Shown here piece after piece: positions 33,560-43,661 of a DNA stretch of 64,000 bases. A program made the translations under genes and the position numbers. Position 1 is the stretch's first letter, and every line of letters starts with the position of its first letter. Source of the stretch: an uncultured Pelagibacteraceae bacterium (lineage in GTDB: Bacteria; Pseudomonadota; Alphaproteobacteria; Pelagibacterales; Pelagibacteraceae); the NCBI GenBank assembly GCA_902592675.1, contig CACJFJ010000005.1:910-64909 (forward strand), given 5' to 3'. The notes under the pieces are model-generated. The model was given only the letters and a program-made list of their open reading frames with translations. It made no database searches and was not told the DNA's origin.

Positions 33560-33742
33560 ATGGCTGTTCCAAAACGAAAACAAACACCCTCAAGAACAGG
33601 TATGAGAAGATCTAAAAATATGAAATTCTCATCAAAAAATATTGTTGAAGATAAAAAATCTGGTGAATATAGGTTATCTCACCATCTGGATATGAAAACA
33701 GGAATGTACAAAGGACGTCAAGTTTTAGACCCTAAAGAATAA
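33560..33742 (+). CDS. rpmF: 50S ribosomal protein L32
   Basis: MAVPKRK...RRS, SHH...GMYKGRQV. Confidence 0.95.
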   Translation: MAVPKRKQTPSRTGMRRSKNMKFSSKNIVEDKKSGEYRLSHHLDMKTGMYKGRQVLDPKE

Positions 33743-33756
33743 TTATTAATAAAAAA

Positions 33757-34758
33757 ATGACTGATCTAATTAAAATTGCAGTTGATGCAATGGGGGGAGA
33801 TGGTTCTCCTAAGAAAGTTATTGACGGAATAATACACAATCATTCCCAAAATAAAAAAAATTTTTTTAAAATTTTTGGTAAAGCAGATTTGATAAATAAT
33901 TTAATTGAAAAAAAGATTGATCAAAATTTTTATGAAATAGTTGACACAAAAAATGAGGTAAAAAGTACAGATAGTCCTTTAGAGGCAGCTAAAAGAGGAA
34001 AAGACACTAGTATGTGGTTATCAATTGAAAGTGTTAAAAAAAAAGAGTCTGACATTGTTATATCTGCAGGAAACACAGGTGCTCTTTTAGTAATTTCAAA
34101 GTTAAATTTAAAAATGATAGAAAATATAGATAAGCCAGCATTATCTGCACTTTGGCCTAATAAAAAAGGAATGAGCGTTGTGTTAGATCTTGGTGCAAAC
34201 ATTGAATGTAACTCTAAAAATTTGATCGATTTTGCAATTATGGGTGCATCACTTTATAAATCACTACACCCCAAGGATGAACCTAAAATAGCTTTATTAA
34301 ACATTGGCTCAGAAGAACTAAAAGGAAACGAAATTATCAAAGAAACTTTTCAAAAATTAAACCAGATTAACTCTCAAGATTTTAAGTTTTCTGGTTATAT
34401 AGAAGGCGATAAGTTAATGGATGGTGATGTAAATGTAATAGTTGCAGACGGTTTTACAGGAAATGTCGCTCTTAAAACAGCCGAAGGTACAGCAAATTTT
34501 ATAACAGGTGAACTAAAAAAAGTTTTAGGTGGTAACATTGTTGGTAAATTATCATCATTAATGAATTTCATTAATATTAATAGATTTAAAAAGAGATTAG
34601 ATCCAAGGTTATATAATGGAGCAATATTCATAGGTCTCGACTCACCAGTTGTTAAAAGTCATGGCGGTACAGATTATATTGGTTTTTCTAATTCATTAGA
34701 TGTTTGTAATAGAATAATTACAGGAAATTTGATAGATAAAATAAAAAGAAATATTTAA
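33757..34758 (+). CDS. plsX: phosphate acyltransferase
   Basis: IAVDAMGGD, SAGNTGA, DLGAN, DGFTGNVALK, KSHG. Confidence 0.97.
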   Translation: MTDLIKIAVDAMGGDGSPKKVIDGIIHNHSQNKKNFFKIFGKADLINNLIEKKIDQNFYEIVDTKNEVKSTDSPLEAAKRGKDTSMWLSIESVKKKESDIVISAGNTGALLVISKLNLKMIENIDKPALSALWPNKKGMSVVLDLGANIECNSKNLIDFAIMGASLYKSLHPKDEPKIALLNIGSEELKGNEIIKETFQKLNQINSQDFKFSGYIEGDKLMDGDVNVIVADGFTGNVALKTAEGTANFITGELKKVLGGNIVGKLSSLMNFININRFKKRLDPRLYNGAIFIGLDSPVVKSHGGTDYIGFSNSLDVCNRIITGNLIDKIKRNI

Positions 34759-34761
34759 TAG

Positions 34762-35061
34762 GTGAGAATAAATTTAACAAAAAAAGATTTAGTTAATGAA
34801 GTTTACATGCAACTTGGTTTTTCTAAAGAAATTTCAAAAAACTTAATAGAAGATTTTTTTTGGACAATTTTTGAAAATCTTCGAAAAGAAAAGAAATTAA
34901 AAATAGCTAAATTTGGCACTTTCTCAATTAGGAGAAAAAATAGTAGATTGGGCAGAAATCCAAAAACCAAAGAAACAAAAGTAATTTCTGAGAGAAAAGT
35001 TATTCTTTTTAAAGCATCAAATGATTTTAAAAAATTCGTAAATCTTAAAGAAGATGGATAA
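34762..35061 (+). CDS. ihfA: integration host factor subunit alpha
   Basis: FGTF...GRNPKT...FKAS HU/IHF motif; plsX-ihfA-merR order. Confidence 0.88.
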   Translation: MRINLTKKDLVNEVYMQLGFSKEISKNLIEDFFWTIFENLRKEKKLKIAKFGTFSIRRKNSRLGRNPKTKETKVISERKVILFKASNDFKKFVNLKEDG

Positions 35062-35428
35062 AACATATAATGCTTATAAAACAATTGGTGAAGTTGTTAA
35101 AATCATTACTTCAGACAATAATTTAAAGGTACCGTTAACAACTCATACAATAAGATATTGGGAAACTCAATTTAAACAAATTAAACCGAAAATATTTAAT
35201 GGCAAAAGAAGATATTATGATAGTAAAAATATTGAATTATTAAAAAAGGTTTATTTTCTTTTAAAAAAACAAGGTATGACGATAAATGGAGTTAAAAAAA
35301 TACTCGATAAAAATCAAATGATTGAACTTGACGAAACTTTAAATCAATCTATAAAACATGAAAATTTAAAATTAAAAATTACAAAGATATCTAAAATTAT
35401 TAAAAATTTAAAAAAAGATAATGGCTAA
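35054..35428 (+). CDS. MerR-family HTH regulator
   Basis: YKTIGEV, HTIRYWETQF, RRYY, GMTINGVKK. Confidence 0.88.
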   Translation: MDKTYNAYKTIGEVVKIITSDNNLKVPLTTHTIRYWETQFKQIKPKIFNGKRRYYDSKNIELLKKVYFLLKKQGMTINGVKKILDKNQMIELDETLNQSIKHENLKLKITKISKIIKNLKKDNG

Positions 35429-35612
35429 AAAAACACACATCAAAGTTCGTCTTGTTCCTGAGAGTAAACCTGATAGTTCTTTTTTTTATTATGTAAAGAA
35501 ACCTGCTGGTGGTGAAAAAGCTAAGGTAAAATTAAAAGCAAAAAAATATAATCCAGCTACTAGGAAACATGAGACTTTTATTGAAAAAAAACTTCCTCCT
35601 CACAGTAAATAG
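35421..35612 (+). CDS. rpmG: 50S ribosomal protein L33
   Basis: MAKK..IKVRL, FYYVKK, KKYNPATRKH..F.E. Confidence 0.9.
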   Translation: MAKKTHIKVRLVPESKPDSSFFYYVKKPAGGEKAKVKLKAKKYNPATRKHETFIEKKLPPHSK

Positions 35613-35903
35613 TTATTTTTTATTAAAATTTCTTTTCTCAAAATCTATGTAAGCTCCAATCATATTTTTCCAAATTCTTTTTGTAATTTTCGGATCAATA
35701 TCATTTTTTAAAGATTTTTTTTCTATAGTATTCAAGATTTTCCTAATTCTTTTTTTGTCAACTATTTGACTTTTTTTTTCTTTCAATGCTAAAACTTTTT
35801 TGACTAATGATGTTCTTTTTTTGATAATACGAATAAGAGAATTATCTAATTTATCTAATTCAAATCTAATTTTCTTTAGTTTATTTCTTTTTAATGGCGA
35901 CAT
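35613..35903 (-). CDS. chorismate mutase type II (AroQ)
   Basis: IRFELDKLD...KR...ALK...IVDKKR helical pattern. Confidence 0.8.
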   Translation of the reverse strand: MSPLKRNKLKKIRFELDKLDNSLIRIIKKRTSLVKKVLALKEKKSQIVDKKRIRKILNTIEKKSLKNDIDPKITKRIWKNMIGAYIDFEKRNFNKK

Positions 35904-35946
35904 TTATATAATTGGATTAAATTGAAATTATTATATTTATCCCAGT

Positions 35947-36960
35947 ATGTATACATTAAATCCAAAAATTAATAATCAATTATCCATCTGGTTAATTTCT
36001 ATGTTTTGGATAATTTCTATAATGATTATAGTTGGTGGATTAACAAGATTGACTGACTCTGGATTATCTATAACAAAATGGCAATTATTTTCTGGCATAC
36101 TACCACCATTAAATCAGAATGAATGGATCTCATATTTTAATCTCTATAAAGAAATTCCTGAGTTTAAATTACAAAACTTTAATATGACAATAGATGAATT
36201 CAAAGTAATTTTTTGGTGGGAATGGGTTCACCGTTTTTTAGGACGTTTAATTGGAATTGGATATTTGATACCTTTGATTTATTTTTCCTTTAAAATAAAA
36301 ATTACAAAATTATTAAATCTATATTTCATTTTTTTTCTAATATGTTTTCAAGGTTTTATTGGTTGGTATATGGTAAGTAGTGGATTAGTTGATAGAATTG
36401 ATGTGAGTCACTTTAGGTTATCTATACATTTACTTACTGCGTTTTTAATTTTATCTTTAATATATTGGAATTATTTAAAGATTAATATATCAAGAAACAC
36501 ATCGAATAAACTAAATACTTTTATTCCTTTATTGTTCTTAATCTTCGTTTTTTTACAAATTTCAATTGGCGCTTTTGTTTCTGGAATGGATGCTGGAAAA
36601 ATCTATAATTCGTGGCCATTGATGGGTAATTCATATTTTCCTAATGATAACAATCTTAAAAATCTATTTAAATTTGCAGCTTTTAGTGATCCATCATTAG
36701 TACAGTTTATCCACCGTAATCTAGCTTACTTGATAGGATTTTTTTATATTTTAATTTTCTATAAGATTTATAGAAACAAGATGTATGATTTATACAAATC
36801 TATAAATTACCTGGGAATTTTTATAATCCTTCAAATTATATTAGGTATTTTCACAGTATTATATGGTGCACAAATTTACATTGCATCTATGCACCAAATA
36901 AGCTCAATTTTTTTAGTCAGTACAAGTATCCATTTTTTTTATTTGAATACAAAAGATTAA
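35947..36960 (+). CDS. ctaA: heme A synthase (COX15/CtaA)
   Basis: GGLTRLTDSGLSI, WEWVHR, QGFIGWYMVSSG, HR and HQ ligands. Confidence 0.94.
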   Translation: MYTLNPKINNQLSIWLISMFWIISIMIIVGGLTRLTDSGLSITKWQLFSGILPPLNQNEWISYFNLYKEIPEFKLQNFNMTIDEFKVIFWWEWVHRFLGRLIGIGYLIPLIYFSFKIKITKLLNLYFIFFLICFQGFIGWYMVSSGLVDRIDVSHFRLSIHLLTAFLILSLIYWNYLKINISRNTSNKLNTFIPLLFLIFVFLQISIGAFVSGMDAGKIYNSWPLMGNSYFPNDNNLKNLFKFAAFSDPSLVQFIHRNLAYLIGFFYILIFYKIYRNKMYDLYKSINYLGIFIILQIILGIFTVLYGAQIYIASMHQISSIFLVSTSIHFFYLNTKD

Positions 36961-38285
36961 CTAACAGCTTTTAAACCCCCTTTAGAGGATTTATTTAAAG
37001 CTTGGTCCAAATCGTCAATGATATCATCAATATGTTCAATACCTATGCACAATCTAACGTAACTTTGGGTCACACCTGATGCGGCTAGTTCTTTTTCATT
37101 TAATTGACTATGAGTAGTACTAGCAGGATGTATTGCTAAACTTCTTGCATCACCGATATTTGCAACATGATAAAACATTTTTAATGATTCAATAAATTTT
37201 TTCCCAGCTTCAATGCCACCCTTAAGTTCAATACCAACCATAGGACCATTTCCACCTTTAAGATATTTTATTGCTCTGTCAGAAATTTTCTTTTCGTGTT
37301 CTGTTGAATAAATAACTTTAGTAACTTCTTTATGTTTTTTCAAAAAATTAACTACTTTTTCTGCATTTTCACAATGTTGTTTCATTCTTAGTGCTACTGT
37401 TTCTAGACCTTGAATTATTGCAAAAGCATTATCTGGTGCTAAAGCCGAACCTAAATCTCTAAGCAAACAAACTCTTGCTCTGACAGCAAATGGTACGTTT
37501 GCTCCTGTTAATTCTGGTACAGCTTTTCCCCAAACTACACCTCCATAACTTGCATCAGGTTCATTAAATAAAGGTTGTCTTTTAGGATCTGCAGTCCAGT
37601 CAAAGTTACCACTATCAACTATGCTTCCTGCAACAGCAGTCCCGTGTCCACCAATATATTTTGTCAACGAATGTATAACAACAGCAGCTCCGTGTTCTAT
37701 TGGTTTACATATAACTGGTGCAGCAGTATTGTCCATTATTAGTGGAATATTATATTTTCTTCCAATATCAGAAACTTCTTTTATAGGAAACACTCTCAAA
37801 TAAGGATTAGGTAATGTTTCACCATAAAAAGCTCTAGTCTTATTGTCTATTGCCTTTTCAAAATTTTTAGGATCACTAGGGTCTGCATATCTTATTTCTA
37901 TTCCAAGTTTACTCAAAGTATGTGTAAATAATGAAACTGTTCCACCATAAAGATCTGTGGAACTAACAATATTATCACCTGATTGAGCAACATTTAGAAC
38001 TGCAAAACTTGAGGCGGTTTGACCAGATGAAACTGTTACACAAGATAATCCACCTTCTAATGCCGCAATCCTTTTTTCCAAAACATCATTGGTAGGATTC
38101 ATGATCCTAGTATAGATATTTCCAAATTCCTTTAACGCGAACAAATTAGCTGCATGCTCAGTGCTTTGGAATTGATATGAGGTGGTTCTATAAATTGGCA
38201 CAGCAACAGCATTAGTTGCCGGGTCACTTCTGTAATCACCGCCATGTATAGCAATGGTTTCAGGGTTATTTCTTTTTTTACTCAT
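36957..38285 (-). CDS. metY: O-acetylhomoserine aminocarboxypropyltransferase
   Basis: YTRIMNPT, HSLTKYIGGHG, ANIGDARSLAIHPASTTH; SAM riboswitches in the leader. Confidence 0.95.
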   Translation of the reverse strand: MSKKRNNPETIAIHGGDYRSDPATNAVAVPIYRTTSYQFQSTEHAANLFALKEFGNIYTRIMNPTNDVLEKRIAALEGGLSCVTVSSGQTASSFAVLNVAQSGDNIVSSTDLYGGTVSLFTHTLSKLGIEIRYADPSDPKNFEKAIDNKTRAFYGETLPNPYLRVFPIKEVSDIGRKYNIPLIMDNTAAPVICKPIEHGAAVVIHSLTKYIGGHGTAVAGSIVDSGNFDWTADPKRQPLFNEPDASYGGVVWGKAVPELTGANVPFAVRARVCLLRDLGSALAPDNAFAIIQGLETVALRMKQHCENAEKVVNFLKKHKEVTKVIYSTEHEKKISDRAIKYLKGGNGPMVGIELKGGIEAGKKFIESLKMFYHVANIGDARSLAIHPASTTHSQLNEKELAASGVTQSYVRLCIGIEHIDDIIDDLDQALNKSSKGGLKAVS

Positions 38286-38289
38286 TTTA

Positions 38290-38344
38290 CTCCTTTTTTA
38301 GTGCTTTAACTTTATGCAAGGCGCACAATATAGTTCAAATGCCT
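38290..38344 (-). promoter_or_regulatory. SAM-V riboswitch overlapping the metY Shine-Dalgarno
   Basis: Minus strand reads AGGCAUUUGAACUAUAUUGUGCGCCUUGCAUAAAGUUAAAGCACUAAAAAAGGAG. AGGC/GCCU forms P1, UUUGA and ACUAAA form the pseudoknot, and GGAG lies just upstream of the ATG. Confidence 0.88.
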
Positions 38345-38365
38345 ACCGAGTTTGTATGAAGATTT

Positions 38366-38406
38366 CCTTTTTAGCTGTAAGCCCGCAATAGGAACAAATC
38401 GGCTTA
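38366..38406 (-). promoter_or_regulatory. SAM-II riboswitch aptamer (upstream member of the tandem)
   Basis: Minus strand reads UAAGCCGAUUUGUUCCUAUUGCGGGCUUACAGCUAAAAAGG: AAGCC/GGCUU stem plus the GAUUU, UUGC and GCUAAA SAM-II hallmarks. Confidence 0.8.
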
Positions 38407-38488
38407 ATCAATATAACAAAAAAAAGGCTTAAAACAATATAATTATCAATTTGACTTTGATCTTATTAATAGTATTAATCCTCGCACA

Positions 38489-38947
38489 ATGACTAAATTC
38501 CTTAAAAAAGATGAATTAACCTCAAATTGGTATGAAATAGATGCCAAAAATGCTGTAGTGGGTAGACTAGCTACTATAATATCAAAAATTATAAGAGGAA
38601 AGAATAAGCCAACATTCACACCGCATATGGACGATGGTGATTTTGTTGTAGTTAAAAACATCGAAAAGTTAAAATTTACAGGAAAAAAATTTCAAAATAA
38701 AAAATATTATAGACATACAGGCTATCCTGGTGGAATTAAAGAAATTACACCTGAAAAACTACATGAGAAAAAACCCGGCGAAGCGCTAAAACTTGCGGTA
38801 AAAAGAATGTTACCTGGAGGTGTTCTTGGCAAAAAACAGCTGACAAAATTAAAGATTTATTCGGGTAATGAACATCCTCATTCCGCCCAAAATCCAAAGA
38901 TAATAGAAATTAGTAAATTGAATAGTAAAAATTTAATAAGAAATTAA
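38489..38947 (+). CDS. rplM: 50S ribosomal protein L13
   Basis: WYEIDA, GRLAT, KPTFTPH, YYRHTGYPGG. Confidence 0.98.
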   Translation: MTKFLKKDELTSNWYEIDAKNAVVGRLATIISKIIRGKNKPTFTPHMDDGDFVVVKNIEKLKFTGKKFQNKKYYRHTGYPGGIKEITPEKLHEKKPGEALKLAVKRMLPGGVLGKKQLTKLKIYSGNEHPHSAQNPKIIEISKLNSKNLIRN

Positions 38948-38950
38948 AAT

Positions 38951-39379
38951 ATGGAAAATAGTCAGATTAATAACAAGTTAAAATTAGATTTTAAAGATGG
39001 TAAATATGCTACTGGAAGAAGAAAAACATCAATAGCTAAAGTTTGGTTAAAAAAAGGTTCAGGTAAAATTTATGTTAATGGTAAGTTATTTAGCGATTAT
39101 TTTTCAAACGATAATCATCAAATGCAAATCGTAAGACCTTTTGAAATTATTAATCAATCAACAGAATATGATGTCAAATGTAGTGTAAAAGGTGGAGGTC
39201 CTACAGGCCAAGCTGGTGCAATGGTACATGGCATTTCAAAAGCACTTGTTATGTTTGATCAAAATCTTAAATCTACTCTTAAAGCAGAAAAATTAACCAC
39301 AAGAGACTCCAGGGCCGTTGAAAGAAAAAAACCTGGAAGAAAAAAAGCTAGAAGAAGCTTTCAATTTTCTAAAAGATAA
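38951..39379 (+). CDS. rpsI: 30S ribosomal protein S9
   Basis: ATGRRK, GGGPTGQAGA, ERKKPG...QFSKR. Confidence 0.98.
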   Translation: MENSQINNKLKLDFKDGKYATGRRKTSIAKVWLKKGSGKIYVNGKLFSDYFSNDNHQMQIVRPFEIINQSTEYDVKCSVKGGGPTGQAGAMVHGISKALVMFDQNLKSTLKAEKLTTRDSRAVERKKPGRKKARRSFQFSKR

Positions 39380-39412
39380 TTTTTTTTTTAATTTAAATTG
39401 GTATAATATAAA

Positions 39413-40435
39413 ATGCGAAAGCTTAATGTTTTAGTTGCAGGTTCTACAGGATACATAGGTATTCAATTATTGAAATTACTTATAAATCATAAAAATGTGA
39501 ATATTAAATATTTATGTGGAAATAATTCTATTGGTAAAAAAATTTCATCTTTTGATAAATCATTTAACTCAAAGAAATTACCAAAAATAGTAAAATTTAG
39601 TAAAAAACTTTTGAATAATATAGATATTGTATTTACAGCTTTACCCAATGGTGAGGCTCAATATATCTCTAATAATTTGTTAGCTAAAAATACCTTAATT
39701 GATTTAGCTGCTGATTTTAGACTCAAAAATGCTAATGATTATCTTAAATGGTATAAACAAAAACACAAAGCACCACAAAATATTAAAAAAAGTGTTTATT
39801 CTTTACCTGAAATAAATAAAGTTAGATTAAAAAATTTTAGTATAATAGGATGTCCTGGATGTTATCCAACATCAATTTTATTACCTTTAGCACCTCTTAT
39901 CAAAAAAAGGTCTGTTGACATAACAAATATTACTATAGATTCTAAATCAGGATATTCAGGTGCTGGTAGAGGTGTCCATAGAAAATACAAGAAAAACAAT
40001 TTATATGAATCTTTAAGTGCATATGGCGTTGGTTTTCATAGACACAATATTGAAATAGAGCAAGAATTAAAAAATTTTACCAAAAAAAAAGTTGATTTTA
40101 TATTTACTCCGCATTTATCACCAATGTTCAGAGGAATTTTAAGTACTATATACTTAAAACTTAAACCTGGTTTTTCTATTAAAAAAATTCAAAACATTCT
40201 TTTGAAGTTTTATAAAAAGAAACATTTTGTAAAGATTCTAAAAAATAACTCTTTAATTAGCACAAATGATGTTATTAATACTAACTATTGCTATATTTCG
40301 GTTTGTAAAACACGATATAAAAATAAGATTTTGATATTATCAGCTATTGATAACTTAATTAAAGGTGGGGCAGGTCAAGCAATTCAAAATATGAATATTA
40401 AATTTGGATTAAAAGAATATGAGGGTTTAAAGTGA
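39413..40435 (+). CDS. argC: N-acetyl-gamma-glutamyl-phosphate reductase
   Basis: GSTGYIG, DLAADFR, PGCYPT, SGYSGAG, IDNLIKGGAGQAIQN. Confidence 0.96.
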   Translation: MRKLNVLVAGSTGYIGIQLLKLLINHKNVNIKYLCGNNSIGKKISSFDKSFNSKKLPKIVKFSKKLLNNIDIVFTALPNGEAQYISNNLLAKNTLIDLAADFRLKNANDYLKWYKQKHKAPQNIKKSVYSLPEINKVRLKNFSIIGCPGCYPTSILLPLAPLIKKRSVDITNITIDSKSGYSGAGRGVHRKYKKNNLYESLSAYGVGFHRHNIEIEQELKNFTKKKVDFIFTPHLSPMFRGILSTIYLKLKPGFSIKKIQNILLKFYKKKHFVKILKNNSLISTNDVINTNYCYISVCKTRYKNKILILSAIDNLIKGGAGQAIQNMNIKFGLKEYEGLK

Positions 40436-40593
40436 AAAAATTTACATTCATCATGTTCTTTTTGATAACTGCCTGTTCTCAAAACACATACAAGAGTAAT
40501 GTTGAAATATCGGATAAGATGAGTTTTCTTGAATTCAAAAAAGAATTAGAAAAATATGCTATAAATAGTCCATATCCGGATATAGATAAATAA
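40432..40593 (+). CDS. 53-aa putative lipoprotein (not in the supplied ORF track)
   Basis: GTG start overlaps the argC stop (GTGA) and the stop lies 1 bp before the hom ATG. Translation MKKFTFIMFFLITAC-SQNTYK...YAINSPYPDIDK contains a lipobox. Confidence 0.7.
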   Translation: MKKFTFIMFFLITACSQNTYKSNVEISDKMSFLEFKKELEKYAINSPYPDIDK

Positions 40594-40594
40594 G

Positions 40595-41887
40595 ATGAAA
40601 AAAAAATTTAATTTAGCAATAATAGGATTAGGTCAGATTGGTGGATATCTTTATAATGAATTGAGACTAAAAAAAAAAGAAATTGAGAAAAAAACGGGTA
40701 AAAAAATAGAAATTGTTGCTATTTCCGCGAAAAATAAAAACAAGAAAAGAAAATTTAAAATAAATAACAAAATTTTTTATTCTAATCCTTTAAAGATTTT
40801 TAAGGAAAAAAAAATAGACATACTATTTGAATCTATTGGTCTTTCAGATGGTATGTCTAAGAAAATTGTTGAACTCGCATTAAAAAAAAAAATAAGTGTT
40901 ATTACTCCAAACAAAGCTTTAATTGCAAAACATGGTGACAAACTATCCGAATTAGCAGAAAAAAATAAAGTTAATCTTGAATTTGAGGCATCTGTCGCTG
41001 GTGGAATTCCAATTCTTAGAACTATTAAAGAGGGGTTGGCAACGAATAAAATTAATAAAATCTATGGAATTTTAAACGGAACAACTAATTATATTCTATC
41101 AGAAATGGAAAATACAAATGAAACCTTTGATAAAGTTTTAAAAAAAGCACAAAGACTTGGTTATGCTGAACCTGGTAATCCTAAATTAGATTTAAATGGT
41201 TTTGATGCTTTTGCAAAGATAAAAATTTTATCAGCACTTGCATTTAATACAAAAATTTCAAAATCTAAATGTTTAATGGAGGGTATTGAAAATATTCAAC
41301 TAGAAGATATTAGAATAGCCAGTCAACTAGGTCTGAGAGTAAAATTACTCGGAATTTCAGAAATAATTAAAGGGCATTTATTTGAAACTGTCCATCCATG
41401 CCTAGTTGGTAAAAACACTTATATTGGAAATGTAAATGGTGTGATGAATGCTGTCATTACAGAAGGTAAACCAGTAGGTGAAAGCATATTACAAGGTGAG
41501 GGAGCTGGCCCTGGTCCAACCTCATCCTCTTTGTTATCAGATTTATTATCTATTCTGCGAGGTAATACTAAATATCCTTTTGGTATTTCATCTACTAAAA
41601 GAAAGAATATTAAGTCATTCAATAATAACAATTATACAAATTCTTTGTATCTAAGATTTGTAGTTAAAGATAAACAGGGTGTTCTTTCTTTAATTACCAA
41701 CAGATTATCTAAATATAAAATATCAGTAAAAAGAATTATACAAACACCTGATAAAAAGAATAAAAAAGCAACAATAGTTATTATTACTCATAAAACATCA
41801 GAAATTAACGCAAGAAATTGTTTATCTTTATTTTCAAAAAATAAGGATATTTTTAAATTTCCTACATTAATTAGGTTATATAATTAA
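40595..41887 (+). CDS. hom: homoserine dehydrogenase
   Basis: GLGQIG, TPNKA, FEASVAGGIP, GILNGTTNYIL, GAGPGPT, ACT domain. Confidence 0.96.
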   Translation: MKKKFNLAIIGLGQIGGYLYNELRLKKKEIEKKTGKKIEIVAISAKNKNKKRKFKINNKIFYSNPLKIFKEKKIDILFESIGLSDGMSKKIVELALKKKISVITPNKALIAKHGDKLSELAEKNKVNLEFEASVAGGIPILRTIKEGLATNKINKIYGILNGTTNYILSEMENTNETFDKVLKKAQRLGYAEPGNPKLDLNGFDAFAKIKILSALAFNTKISKSKCLMEGIENIQLEDIRIASQLGLRVKLLGISEIIKGHLFETVHPCLVGKNTYIGNVNGVMNAVITEGKPVGESILQGEGAGPGPTSSSLLSDLLSILRGNTKYPFGISSTKRKNIKSFNNNNYTNSLYLRFVVKDKQGVLSLITNRLSKYKISVKRIIQTPDKKNKKATIVIITHKTSEINARNCLSLFSKNKDIFKFPTLIRLYN

Positions 41888-42789
41888 TGGCTATTTATAT
41901 AAAACTTTTTGAGGTTTTATTCCCTGTATTTTTTGTTGTAGGAATTGGCTATTATTTAGGAAAAAAAAATCCTAAAATTGATACAACCTTTATCACAAAT
42001 TTTGCTGCAAATGTAGGTACTCCTGCAATGATTATTTATGCTTTAAATCCAGTTAATATATCTTTTAATATTTTCATTAACTATTTTTGGTATTACGCAT
42101 TGGCAATTAGTGGATTTATGATTACTGGAGTAATTATATTGTATCTTTTAAAAACCAAAGATATCATAAGAGAATTACCTCCGTTAACAATGCCAAATAC
42201 TGGAAATATGGGATTACCAATATGTTTATTTGCATACGGTTCTCAAGGTCTTGGTGTTTCAGCAGCTATATCTGCTTTAATCATTTTATGCCATTTTACT
42301 CTTGGTGTTTTTTTAGCTGACAGAAAATTTAGTTTAAATGTAATATTAAAAAGCCCTCCTTTTTATGCAATAATAATTGCTGTAATTTTACTTTATTACG
42401 ATTTAGAGCTTCCTGGATTTGTTGAAAATACCACTTTCTTACTTATGTACGCAACAATATTTCTTATTTTGATGTCTTTAGGAATTGCATTAACAAGACT
42501 AAAAGTTTTTTCTCTAAATAAAGCTATATTCTCCTCTATTGGACGAGTAATTGTTGGACCTATAATTGGATATTTATTAATTTTATATTTCGATTTAGAA
42601 GGTTTTGCTGCTGGTGTTTTATTAATTCAATGTTCAATGCCTAGTGCTGTTTTAAATTACTTGGTGGCTTCAATATATTCACCTAAAAAAATTGTTGATA
42701 GTGTTGCTAGTACTATAGTTGTATCAACATTAATGTCATTTATAACCATTCCAATCGTTGTATTCTTAGCTTTAAAATACTTCAATTAA
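41887..42789 (+). CDS. AEC family transporter
   Basis: PNTGNMGLPI, QCSMPSAV; multi-pass membrane protein. Confidence 0.88.
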   Translation: MAIYIKLFEVLFPVFFVVGIGYYLGKKNPKIDTTFITNFAANVGTPAMIIYALNPVNISFNIFINYFWYYALAISGFMITGVIILYLLKTKDIIRELPPLTMPNTGNMGLPICLFAYGSQGLGVSAAISALIILCHFTLGVFLADRKFSLNVILKSPPFYAIIIAVILLYYDLELPGFVENTTFLLMYATIFLILMSLGIALTRLKVFSLNKAIFSSIGRVIVGPIIGYLLILYFDLEGFAAGVLLIQCSMPSAVLNYLVASIYSPKKIVDSVASTIVVSTLMSFITIPIVVFLALKYFN

Positions 42790-42809
42790 TCTATATCCTT
42801 CTTTACTAA

Positions 42810-43661
42810 ATGAAGGCTATAACTTTTAATTTATTGGCATGGGTAATGCTTCCTATAATGGATGGATTTGCAAAATATCTAAGCGCAGATCTTCCAGTAT
42901 TACAAATTACATGGGCAAGATATTTTTTTACCGTGGCATTTACTTTTCCAGTTATGTTTTTCTTTTTTCGGAAAAATCTTGTATGGACAGATAAACCAAA
43001 ATTACAATTCATTAGAGGCTTAATTCTTTTAACAGCTAATATTTGTTTTTTTTATGCAATTTCAGTTATTTCTTTAGCAAAAGCATTAACTTTAGCTTTT
43101 GTTGCTCCTTTAATTGTAACGGCTTTTTCCCCAATTTTCTTAGGAGAGAGGGTGGGATTTAGAAGATGGTCAGCGGTAATTATAGGTTTCATAGGTTCTT
43201 TAGTAGTTATAAGGCCAGGTTTTGTAGAAATTAATTTAGCAAGTATAGCTGCTCTTGGAACAGGTGTGATGTATGGGTTTTATTTAATTATTACTCGAAA
43301 ACTTAGCACTTCAGACAATCCTTTATTAACTTTATTGTTAACCGGTGTAGTAGGGGCCATAATTATATCTACTATAATGCCATTTGTGTGGGTGAAGCCT
43401 AGCTTAAATCAGTGGTCTATGATGGCTGCGATAGGTATATTTGCCTGTATTGGGCATTTATTTTTAATATTGTCTCTCAAATATGCTGATGCGTCTAAAT
43501 TAGCTCCATTTAGCTACTTTGAGATCATTACAAACATTATTATTGGTTATTATTTCTTTAGTGATTTCCCAGATAATTGGACTTTTTTAGGTTTGTTTAT
43601 TATTGTATTAAGTGGCATCTACATCTCAAGAAGAGAGAACATAGTTAAAAAAGTTAAATAA
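42810..43661 (+). CDS. DMT/EamA family transporter
   Basis: About 10 TM segments; FLGERVG.RRW, IRPG, LAPFSY. Confidence 0.9.
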   Translation: MKAITFNLLAWVMLPIMDGFAKYLSADLPVLQITWARYFFTVAFTFPVMFFFFRKNLVWTDKPKLQFIRGLILLTANICFFYAISVISLAKALTLAFVAPLIVTAFSPIFLGERVGFRRWSAVIIGFIGSLVVIRPGFVEINLASIAALGTGVMYGFYLIITRKLSTSDNPLLTLLLTGVVGAIIISTIMPFVWVKPSLNQWSMMAAIGIFACIGHLFLILSLKYADASKLAPFSYFEIITNIIIGYYFFSDFPDNWTFLGLFIIVLSGIYISRRENIVKKVK

